From Mobula hypostoma (taxonomy: Eukaryota), in NCBI RefSeq assembly GCF_963921235.1, contig NW_026948140.1, positions 310,001 to 374,000 of the forward strand: a stretch of 64,000 nt of DNA, read 5' to 3'. The number at the start of each line of letters is the position of its first letter. The first letter of the stretch is position 1. Of the stretch, positions 24,594 to 35,352 are shown piece after piece. The position numbers were made by a program, and so were the translations under genes. The notes beneath the pieces were generated by a model that saw only the letters and a list, made by a program, of their open reading frames with translations, ran no database searches and had not been told where the DNA came from.

Positions 24594-27500
24594 AACGCAA
24601 ACAACTTCAAGCTCTGAAGGCGACTCTCTCCGCCATGAGGAGGTACTTGGTGTCCCTATCCCAGACCCTTCCACACCTTCGGGACACTTTCTTCGCCGTC
24701 TGTAATGGTCCTACCCGTTATTTCATCCTCCGTCGGATTCACGCCTGCAATCGCCGTTTTTTTTGACTTTGTCATGTTAGGCAAAGATCGCAAGATCTTA
24801 CATCTACAGACTCCAGAGCCTGCCGGCCCCGACGCTAGCAGGCATGAACTTCAAATTGCGGCTCCTGCCATTGATCTCGGCGGCTCCAACACCTCAGGAC
24901 ATATTCAAAACCCGGACTCCAGCAACGACCATGGAGACATTCGAAGTGATTGCGCAACCACCAACTGCGACTCCAGCCTTGAACTCCAGGCCGGGTCTTT
25001 ATGTGCTGCTGTTGTGACTCCCGTCTCCCCTTCCCCCACCACCACTCCGCAACCCCGTCTTCCTCAGATCCCACCGTCAACTCCTGGGCCCTCAGAGGCT
25101 CCATCTTCCTCTCACCCCAACCCTCCCCTCTCCATTGACACCCCCCAGCCTCCCCCCTCCCCCCTCTGATCCCAGCTCTCATCCGTGCCGGGTCTTTACC
25201 ATCCCCTCCGACCTTCAACTGTCGGAGGCAGATCGCTCTGTTCTCAGTAAGGGCCTCACGCTTGTCCCCCTTCGCCCACACCTCAGCGAGTTCCGTGTTC
25301 GCCACGATGCGGAACTTTTCTTCCGCCGTCTCTGTCTCCGAGCCTACTTCTTCGGCAAGGACTCTTCCACCCCCACCGATGACCCCTTCTCCCGTCTTCA
25401 ACCCTCCTCTTCTTCATGGACACCCCGCCTGCTCTGGATCTCTTTATTGCCAACTGCCGACGGGACATCAACCGTCTCGACTTCACCGCACCTTGTCCCC
25501 ATTCCAACCTCACTCCTTCGGAACGCTCTGCTCTCCACTCCCTCCGCACTAATCCTAACCTTATTATTAAACCCGCTGATAAGGGGGGTGCTGTTGTAGT
25601 CTGGCGTACTGACCTCTACCTTGCCGAGGCGCAGCGACAACTCGCGGATACCTCCTCTTATTTACCCCTCGATCGTGACCCCACTAAGGAGCACCAGGCC
25701 ATTGTCTCCCACACCATCACCGACTTTATCCGCTCAGGGGATCTCCCATCCACTGCTACCAACCTTATAGTTCCCACACCCCGCACTTCCCGTTTCTACC
25801 TCCTACCCAAGATCCACAAACCTGCCTGTCCTGGCCGACCTATTGTCTCAGCTTGCTCCTGCCCCACCGAACTCATTTCTGCATACCTCGACACTGTTTT
25901 ATCACCCCTTGTTCAATCCCTTCCGACCTATGTTCGTGACACTTCTCACGCTCTTAAACTTTTCGATGATTTTAAGTTCCCTGGCCCCCACCGCTTTATT
26001 TTCACCATGGATGTCCAGTCCCTGTATACTTCCATCCCCATCAGGAAGGTCTCAAAGCTCTACGCTTCTTTTTGGATTCCAAACCTAATCAGTTCCCCTC
26101 TACCACCACTCTGCTCCGTCTAGCGGAATTAGTCCTTACTCTTAATAATTTCTCCTTTGGCTCCTCCCATTTCCTCCAAACTAGAGGTGTAGCTATGGGC
26201 ACCCGTATGGGTCCTAGCTATGCCTGCCTTTTTGTTGGGTTTGTGGAACAATCTATGTTCCGTGCCTATTCTGGTATCTGTCCCCCACTTTTCCTTCGCT
26301 ACATCGACGACTGCATTGGCGCTGCTTCCTGCACACATGCAGAACTCGTTGACTTTATTAACTTTGCCTCCAACTTTCACCCTGCCCTCAAGTTTACCTG
26401 GTCCATTTCCGACACCTCCCTCCCCTTTCTAGATCTTTCTGTCTCTGTCTCTGGAGACAGCTTATCCACTGATGTCTACTATAAGCCTACTGACTCTCAC
26501 AGCTATCTGGACTATTCCTCTTCTCACCCTGTCTCTTGCAAAAACGCCATCCCCTTCTCGCAATTCCTCCGTCTCCGCCGCATCTGCTCTCAGGATGAGG
26601 CTTTTCATTCTAGGACGAGGGAGATGTCTTACTTTTTTAAAGAAAGGGGCTTCCCTTCCTCCACTATCAACTCTGCTCTTAAACGCATCTCCCCCATTTC
26701 ACGTACATCTGCTCTCACTCCATCCTCCCACCACCCCACTAGGAATAGAGTTCCCCTGGTCCTCATCTACCACCCCACCAGCCTCCGGGTCCAACATATT
26801 ATTCTCCGTAACTTCCGCCACCTCCAACGGGATCCCACCACTAAGCACATCTTTCCCTCCTCCCCTCTCTCTGCATTCCGCAGGGATCACTCCCTACACA
26901 ACTCCCTTGTCCATTCATCCCCCCCCCATCCCTCCCCACTGATCTCCCTCCTGGCACTTATCCGTGTAAGCGGAACAAGTGCTACACATGCCCTTACACT
27001 TCCTCCCTTACCACCATTCAGGGCCCCAAACAGTCCTTCCAGGTGAGGCATCACTTCACCTGTGAGTCGACTGGGGTGATATACTGCGTCCGGTGCTCCC
27101 GATGTGGTCTTTTATATATTGGTGAGACCCGACGCAGACTGGGAGACCGCTTTGCTGAACATCTACGCTCTGTCCGCCGGAGAAAGCAGGATCTCCCAGT
27201 GGCCACACATTTTAATTCCACATCCCATTCCCATTCTGACATGTCTATCCACGGCCTCCTCTACTGTAAAGATGAAGCCACACTCAGGTTGGAGGAACAA
27301 CACCTTATATTCCGTCTGGGTAGCCTCCAACCTGATGGCATGAACATCAACTTCTCCAACTTCCGCTAAGGCCCCACCTCCACCTCGTACCCCATCTGTT
27401 ACTCATTTTTATACACACATTCTTTCTCTCACTCTCCTTTTTCTCCCTCTGTCCCTCTGAATATACCTCTTGCCCATACTCTGGGTCACACCCGCCCCCC

Positions 27501-27764
27501 TTGTCTTTCTTCCCGGACCTCCTGTCCCATGATCCTCTCGTATCCCCTTTTGCCTATCACCTGTCCAGCTCTCGGCTCTATCCCTCCCCCTCATGTCTTC
27601 TCCTATCATTTTGCATCTCCCCCTCCCCCTCCAGCTTTCAAATCCCTTACTCACTCTTCCTTCAGCTAGTCCTGACGAAGGGTCTCGGCCTGAAACGTCG
27701 ACTGTACCTCTTCCTATAGATGCTGCTTGGCCTGCTGCGTTCACCAGCAACTTGATGTATGTTG
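24594..27764 (+). mobile_element. Penelope-like element (RT + GIY-YIG endonuclease), frameshifted
   Basis: IIKPADKGG, FYLLPKIHK, TMDVQSLYT, GVAMGTRMGPSYA, LRYIDD, VYYKPT; GIY-YIG/CCHH region GVIYCVRCSRCGLLYIGET...RFAEH (27043-27369). 13-bp TSD CTTAAAGGATTGA (24581-24593 / 27765-27777). Confidence 0.95.
27667..27704 (+). ncRNA. Minimal type I hammerhead ribozyme in the Penelope terminal repeat
   Basis: TAGTC-CTGACGA-AGGGTCTCGGCCT-GAAA-CGTC^GACTG: CUGANGA and GAAA cores, helix I UAGUC/GACUG, short helix II, palindromic ACGU helix III, GUC cleavage triplet. Confidence 0.8.
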
Positions 27765-30246
27765 CTTAAAGGATTGACGGTGGATATGCAATGGCAAGCA
27801 GTTAAAGATTGCATGGATGAACTACAACAATTGTTCATCCCAGTTTGGCAAAAGAATAAATCAAGGAAGGTAGTGCACCCGTGGCTGACAAGAGAAATTA
27901 GGGATAGTATCAATTCCAAAGAAGAAGCATACAAATTAGCCAGAGAAAGTGGCTCACCTGAGGACTGGGAGAAATTCAGAGTTCAGCAGAGGAGGACAAA
28001 GGGCTTAATTAGGAAGGGGAAAAAAGATTATGAGAGAAAACAGGCAGGGAACATAAAAACTGACTGTAAAAGTTTTTATAGATATGTAAAAAGGAAAAGA
28101 CTGGTAAAGACAAATGTAGGTCCCCTACAGACAGAAACAGGTGAATAGATTATGGGGAGCAAGGACATGGCAGACCAATTGAATAATTACTTTGGTTCTG
28201 TCTTCACTAAGGAGGACATAAATAATCTTCCAGAAATAGTAGGGGACAGAGGGTCCAGTGAGATGGAGGAACTGAGCGAAATACATGTTAGTAGGGAAGT
28301 GGTGTTAGGTAAATTGAAGGGATTGAAGGCAGATAAATCCCCAGGGCCAGATGGTCTGCATCGTAGAGTGCTTAAGGAAGTAGCCCAAGAAATAGTGGAT
28401 GCATTAGTGATAATTTTTCAAAACTCGTTAGATTCTGGACTAGTTCCTGAGGATTGGAGGGTGGCTAATGTAACCACACTTTTTAAAAAAGGAGGGAGAG
28501 AGAAACCGGGGAATTATAGACCGGTTAGCCTAACGTCGGTGGTGGGGAAACTGCTGGAATCAGTTATCAAAGATGTGATAACAGCACATTTGGAAAGCGG
28601 TGAAATGATCGGACAAAGTCAGCATGGATTTGTGAAAGGAAAATCATGTCTGACGAATCTCATAGAATTTTTTGAGGATGTAACTAGTAGAGTGGATAGG
28701 GGAAAACCAGTGGATGTGGTATATTTGGATTTTCAAAAGGCTTTTGACAAGGTCCCACACAGGAGATTAGTGTGCAAACTTAAAGCACACGGTATTGGGG
28801 GTAAGGTATTGATGTGGATGGAGAATTGGTTAGCAGACAGGAAGCAAAGAGTGGGAATAAACGGGACCTTTTCAGAATGGCAGGCAGTGACTAGTGGGGT
28901 ACCGCAAGGCTCAGTGCTGGGATCCCAGTTGTTTACAATATATATTAATGACTTGGATGAGGGAATTAAATGCAGCATCTCCAAGTTTGCGGATGACACG
29001 AAGCTGGGTGGCAGTGTTAGCTGTGAGGAGGATGCTAAGAGGATGCAGAGTGACTTGGATAGGTTAGGTGAGTGGGCAAATTCATGGCAGATGCAATTTA
29101 ATGTGGATAAATGTGAAGTTATCCACTTTGGTGGCAAAAACAGGAAAACAGATTATTATCTGAATGGTGGCCGATTAGGAAAAGGGGAGGTGCAACGAGA
29201 CCTGGGTGTCATTATACACCAGTCATTGAAAGTGGGTATGCAGGTACAGCAGGCGGTGAAAAAGGCGAATGGTATGCTGGCATTTATAGCGAGAGGATTC
29301 GAGTACAGGAGCAGGGAGGTACTACTGCAGTTGTACAAGGCCTTGGTGAGACCACACCTGGAGTATTGTGTGTGGTTTTGGTCCCCTAATCTGAGGAAAG
29401 ACATCCTTGCCATAGAGGGAGTACAAAGAAGGTTCACCAGATTGATTCCTGGGATGGCAGGACTTTCATATGAAGAAAGACTGGATGAACTGGGCTTGTA
29501 CTCATTGGAATTTAGAAGATTGAGGGGGGATCTGATTGAAACGTATAAAATCCTAAAGGGATTGGACAGGCTAGATGCAGGAAGATTGTTCCCGATGTTG
29601 GGGAAGTCCAGAACGAGGGATCACAGTTTGAGGATAAAGGGGATGCCTTTTAGGACCGAGATTAGGAAAAACTTCTTCACACAGAGAGTGGTGAATCTGT
29701 GGAATTCTCTGCCACAGGAAACAGTTGAGGCCAGTTCATTGGCTGTATTTAAGAGGGAGTTAGATATGGCCCTTGTGGCTAAGGGGATCAGGGGGAATGG
29801 AGGGAAGGCTGGGGCGGGGTTCTGAGTTGGATGATCAGCCATGATCATAATAAATGGTGGTGCAGGCTCGAAGGGCCGAATGGCCTACTCCTGCACCTAT
29901 TTTCTATGTTTCTATGTAACAGTGAGAAAAGGGCATGCCCTGGGTGATGGAGGTCTTTAATAATAGACACTGCCTTTCTGAGACAGCGCTCTCTAAAAAT
30001 GTCCTGGGTACTGTATAGACTCGTGCCCAAGATGGAGCTGACTAGATTTACAAACTTCTGCAACTTCTTTCGGTCCTGTGCAGTAGCTCCTCCATATCAG
30101 ACAGTGATGCAGCCTGTCAGAATGCTGTCCGCGGTACATCTATAGAGGTTTTTGAGTGTATTTGTTGGCATGCTAAATCTCTTCAAACTCCTAATAAAGT
30201 ATAGCTGCTGTCTTGCCTTCTTTATAACTACATCGATATGTTGGGA

Positions 30247-30414
30247 ACAACACACATCAAAGTTGCTGGTGAACGCAGCAGGCCAAGCAGCATCTATAGG
30301 AAGAGGCGCAGTCGACCCGCCTCTTCCTATAGATGCTGCTTGGCCTGCTGCGTTCACCAGCAACTTTGATGTGTGTTGCTTGAATTTCCAGCATCTGCAG
30401 AATTCCTGTTGTTT
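30247..30414. mobile_element. 168-bp Penelope-derived fold-back insertion
   Basis: 61-bp perfect inverted arms (30248-30308 / 30318-30378) matching 27700-27764; 14-bp TSD TCGATATGTTGGGA (30233-30246 / 30415-30428). Confidence 0.92.
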
Positions 30415-30929
30415 TCGATATGTTGGGACCAGGTTAGATCCTCAGAGATCTTGACACCCAGGAACTTGAAACTGCTCATTTTCTCCACTTCTGCTCTCTC
30501 TATGAGGATTGAAATGTGCTCCTTTGCCTTACCCTTCCTAAACTCCACGATCAGCTCTTTCGTCTTACGGATGCTGAGTGCCAGGTTGTTGCTGTGGCAC
30601 CATTCCACTAGTTGGCAAATCTCACTCCTGTACGCCCTCTCGTCACCACCTGAGATTCTACCAACAATGGTTATATTGTCTGCAAATTTATAGTTGGTAT
30701 TGGAACTATGCCTAGCCACAAAGTCATGTGTATATAGAGAGTAGAGCAGTGGGCTAAGCTCACACCCCTGAGGTGCGCCAGTGTTGATCGTCAGTGAAGA
30801 GGATATGTTATCACCAATCTAGCCAGAATGTGGTCTTCTGGTTAGAAAGTCTAGGATCCAATTGCAGAGGGAGGTACAGAGGCCCAGGTTCTGCAATTTC
30901 TCAATCAGGATTGTGGGAGTGATGGTGAA

Positions 30930-31650
30930 GTGGAATGAGGTGAAGTGTAACATGGGGGCAAAAATGGAAAGGGTGATAATAAAGGACTGAAGGTGTTTAT
31001 ATTTGATTACACGCAGTATACGGAATAAGGTAGATGATCTAGTAGCACAGTTACAGATTTGTGTGCATGACTTTGTGGGCATTACTGAAACGTGGCTGAA
31101 AGAAGATCATAGTTGGGAGTTTAACATTAACATCCAAAGATACACAAAGAAAGAACAGGAAAATAGTTAGAGGGATGAGATTACTCTGATTTTTTAAAAA
31201 TGAAATCATATCCTTCGAAAGAAATGACATAGGATTGGAAAATGTAGAATCCTTGTGGGTAGAGTTAAGAAAATGCAAGGGTAAAAACACCCTGTTGGGA
31301 GTTATATACAGGCCCCTGAACAGTAGCCAGGATAAGGCATACAAATTACAATGGGAAATAGAAAGGGCAATGTTATATTAGTCATGGATGATATCAAGAT
31401 GCAGGTAGATTAGGAAAATGAGGATAGTGCTGGTACCCAAGAGAAGGAATTTGTAGAATGCTTACAAGATGTCTTTTGAAAATAGCTCATAGTTGAGCCA
31501 ATTAAGGGAAGGCAATTTTGGATTGTGTGTTTTGTTAAGAACCAATATTTTTTGGGGAGCTTAAGGTAAAGAAACCCTTGCAAGGCATAATATGATATTT
31601 TTCTCCCTGAAGTTTGAGGGAGAGAAGCCAAAGACAAATGTACCAGTATT
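30930..31650 (+). mobile_element. Decayed CR1 endonuclease fragment
   Basis: Remnant [15 protein letters not shown] and VIYRP motifs. Confidence 0.7.
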
Positions 31651-32264
31651 ACAATCAGGTTTAATATCACTGGCATATGTTGTGAAATTTGCTAATTGCA
31701 GTAGAGTCTCCATGTCACAGCTGGTAGCCAAGGTATCTGGTAAGTGCATCACAGTGAACTGAACCAGACCCAGGGGCATGCGGAAGGCAGTGGAGGGTTT
31801 TGATTAGTCATCTAGGGAACCTGCCAGTAGCTTTTGCAAAGGACCACTGTAGTAATTTAGCTTGCCTGTCCAATCCTTAGGAGTAAGTCATCAATATGGG
31901 ACATAGGATAAGCATGAAGAAAAGAAATGACATTCAAATTCTGAAATCAATGCATATCCTCCGGCTGCTATCCTTTTTGGGGATGATAATGATAGGACTG
32001 CTCCACTCATTATTTGAAGACTCGATGACTCCAAACTCCAGCATGGTTTGAATCTCATCCTGCCGGACTCCACAAGTCACTCTGGCACTCTGTAGCAGTG
32101 TTGGCATACTGATCCTGATGGAATGTTTTATTTCATGAGCTAGCAGATGAAATCTAACTGTTAGATCACGCTCTCAGACCCATATTCTAGTTTCTGGAGA
32201 AGCACCTGCAACAGCCTGCTGCAGAACAATGGCCTCACTTCACCATGTGCAGAGGGACTTAGGA

Positions 32265-32968
32265 GCCCTCGTGCAAGACTCCCAGAAGGTCAATCTACAT
32301 GCTGAGTCTATAGTAAAGAAGGCAAATGCAATTTTGGCATTTATTTGAAGGGGAATAGAATATAAAAGCAAGGAGATAATGCTGAGCCTTTATAAGACAC
32401 TGGTTAGGCTGCACTTGGAGTATTGTCAACAGTTTTGTGCCCCATATTTCAGAAAGGATGTGTTGCCATTGGAGAGAGTCCAGGGGAGGTTCATGGGGAT
32501 GATTCTGGGAATGAAGGAGTTAACATATGAGGAGCATTTGAGAGCTTTGGGCACGTACTCACAGGAATTTAGAAGAATGCAAGAGTATCTAAATGAAACC
32601 TACCAAATGTTGAAAGGACTAGATAATGTGGATGTGGAGAGGATGTTTCCTCTGGTGGGAGTATCCAGAAATACAGGGCACAGCCTCAAAATTGAGGGGT
32701 GACCCTTTAGAACGGAGGTAGGATGAATCATTTTAGTCAGAGAGTAGTAAATCTGTGGAATGCTGTGCCACAGACTGTGGTGGAGGTGAAGTCCATGTGT
32801 ATATTTAAGACCGTAGTTGATTGTTTCCTGATCAGTCAAGGCGTCAAAGGATATGGTGAGAAGGCAGGTGTATGGGGTTTGCATGGGATCCGGGATCAGC
32901 CATGATGGAATGCGGAGTAGACTTGATAGGTTGAATGGCCTAATTCTGCTCTTGTCTTATGGTCTTAT
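32265..32968 (+). mobile_element. CR1 3' fragment
   Basis: ORF 32379-32702 (LYKTLVRLHLEYC); cttatggtctta tail. Confidence 0.82.
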
Positions 32969-33084
32969 TCTTCTACTTGGACTTCTGCTCTAGCTGAATC
33001 CATTGGCAGTTAAGTCACCTCAGGCGATGATATGTCTCAGTGGGTGACTCTCAGTGGTAGAGTACTGGAATGGAAGTATTGTCG

Positions 33085-33365
33085 TTAGTTCTCTGTCAAG
33101 GTATCATATTTACCCAGCAGTAGCTCCTTCAGTTCATGATAGTTGCTGAGCCTCTCTTCACCTTCTCTTAGCATGTAGTCTTTGAGGGCTTTGCTCATCA
33201 ATAGTGGCACTAGCTGACAGGTCCACTCCTTCTCTGGCCATTGCCATATCTGGGGGGCCATTCTCTTGAACCTGAGGAGATAGTTCCCAATACCATCAAC
33301 TTGTTGACAAGAAGGCATCTTGGGACCCTTCCACAGGCATTGGAGTTCCTTTCTCAAAGCATCAT
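33085..33365 (-). mobile_element. Gypsy gag relic
   Basis: NYLLRFKRMA...WPEKEW...LVPLL.SKA...YHELKELLL parallels the gag at 35960-36169. Confidence 0.6.
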
Positions 33366-33706
33366 CTCTCTTCAGGGTTTGCAAGACATTACTTCCTACA
33401 AAGTGAAACCCAATAGCAAGAATAGCCATGATCCTTCACTACCAGATGAACTCAACACCTTCTATGCCCGCTTTGAAAGGGGGAATATAACTACAGCTGT
33501 GAAAATCCCTGCTGCACCTGATGACCCTGTGATCTCTGTCCCAGAGGCTGATGTTAGGCTGTCTTTAAAGAGGGTGAATCCTCACAAGGCGGAAGGTCCC
33601 GATGGAGCACCTGGTAGGGCTCTGAAAACCTGTCTCAAACAACTGCAGAGAGTATTCAAGGACATTTTCAACCTCTCACTGCTAAGGGTGGAAGTTCCCA
33701 CTAGTT

Positions 33707-34407
33707 AATGGTATACTGGCATTTATAGCGAGAGGAGCGAATGGTATGCTGGCATTTATAGCGAGAGGAGCAAATGGTATGCTGGCGTTTATAGCGAGAG
33801 GATTCGAGTACAGGAGCAGGGAGGTACTACTGCAGTTGTACAAGGCATTGGTGAGACCACACCTGGAGTATTGTGTGCAGTTTTGGTCCCCTAATCTGAG
33901 GAAAGACATCTTTGCCATAGAGGGAGTACAAAGAAGATTCACTAGATTGATTCCTGGGATGGCAGGACTTTCATATGAAGAAAGACTGGATGAACTGGGC
34001 TTGTACTCGTTGGAATTTAGAAGATTGAGGGGGGATCTGATTGAAACGTATAAGATCCTAAAGGGATTGGACAGGCTAGATGCAGGAAGATTGTTGGGGA
34101 AGTCCAGAACGAGGGGTCACAGTTTGAGGATAGAGGGGAAGCCTTTTAGGACCGAGATTAGGAAAAACTTCTTCACACAGAGAGTGGTGAATCTGTGGAA
34201 TTCTCTGCCACAGCAAACTGTTGAGGCCAGTTCATTGGCTATGTTTAAGAGGGAGTTAGATATAGCCCTTGTGGCTACAGGGGTCAGGGGGTATGCAGGG
34301 AAGGCTGGGGCGGGGTTCTGAGTTGGATGATCAGCCATGATCATAATAAATGGCGGTGCAGGCTCGAAGGGCCGAATGGCCTACTCCTGCACCTATTTTC
34401 TATGTTT
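33707..34407 (+). mobile_element. CR1-B 3' fragment with a triplicated 33-bp 5' end
   Basis: ORF 33746-34321; TSD CTAGTT (33701-33706 / 34408-34413). Confidence 0.9.
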
Positions 34408-34498
34408 CTAGTTCCAAAAAGGCAACAATTATAACAGTACCAAAAAAGAATAATGTAAGCTGCCTTAATGACTACCGTCTGGTAACACTCACTTCTAC

Positions 34499-35352
34499 TG
34501 TTACATACCTCAAAGGAGATCTGGTGACTTTCTTGTGAGAATGATGTAATGGTCCCGCCGACGTGAGGTCACGTGCTGACATGTTCACCACAGGTACATA
34601 AGGGAAGACCTCAGATGACGCAGTTAGTTTTTAGTTTTTAGTTTTCCAGCTAGAACGTCCATCTGTGTCTCCATTTCTGTTGCATATTTGTTTTTATGAC
34701 GCAGTTTCATTTTTAAAAATGGAGTGTTACATTCTGTTGCAAGGATACAATAGTGCTGGACTGGCAATTTTTGCTAGATGTGTTGATGTACCTTTTTTCA
34801 GCAGTATTGGAGAATGAAGACTTCATCGAAGTACAGGATATGAAGGATTAAGAGAAGTCCGGAGTGTTCGGCAGTTTAATAAAGGATCGACCTTATTGAG
34901 TCTTCGTTGAAGAAGTAGCGACCTGCATCGAAGATAACTCTTGCTGAAAGAGTAAAGTAGATCATGCAAGGTTCTCTATAGAAATTAAGGTCAGTTGTTT
35001 TAAGCCGATTATTTCCTTCATCATGAATCCTTTGGACAGAACCAAGAAGAAAGTTGCGTCTATGAAGAAATCCTTCTCCAGAGAAGTCTCTCCCAATTGA
35101 ATGTATAAATCTGTTGGACTTTCGAATTTACCATTTTAAGAACTGTATTTGACTTTACCGCTTTAAGAACTGTTTTCGCATTTAACGCTTTAAGAGCCAG
35201 TGTCGAGTGACGATTTGTTGAATGTCTGCATAGCGGTTAACTTCCAGTTAAGGTTTTCATTTGTTTTTATTGTTTATCCATGTTTAATAAATGCTTGGTT
35301 GTTTTTATATAACCTGACTCGATTGATATTCATTGTTGCCGGTTATGTAACA
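34499..35352 (+). repeat. 5' LTR of the Gmr1-like element
   Basis: TGTTACATA...TATGTAACA 9-bp terminal inverted repeats; direct repeat of 40280-41147. Confidence 0.93.

Larger units (their letters stand above)
23561..29916 (+). mobile_element. CR1 subfamily B with nearly intact ORF2, interrupted by a Penelope-like element
   Basis: Endonuclease in ORF 23609-24590; ORFs 27759-28148 and 28152-29825 (557 aa RT) separated by a single in-frame stop; TTCTATGT tail. Confidence 0.93.
23310..30926 (-). mobile_element. Rex1/Babar-like LINE (family 2) host, in pieces 23310-23560, 29917-30246 and 30415-30926
   Basis: [31 protein letters not shown] and FKFLGV in ORF 30354-30719; same family as the plus-strand pieces at 41168-41825 and 44629-45180. 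Confidence 0.7.

Noticed and set aside
23609..24766. 385-aa ORF that looks like an endonuclease fused to a novel C-terminus
   Set aside because: Chance in-frame read-through from CR1 into the Penelope insertion at the TSD (24593).
30097..30454. Mirror-image ORFs on both strands
   Set aside because: A by-product of the 61-bp inverted repeat; no independent evidence of coding.
33707..33805. Regularly spaced ~30-bp repeats resembling a CRISPR array
   Set aside because: Head-to-tail duplication of CR1 coding sequence with no spacers, in a vertebrate context without cas genes.
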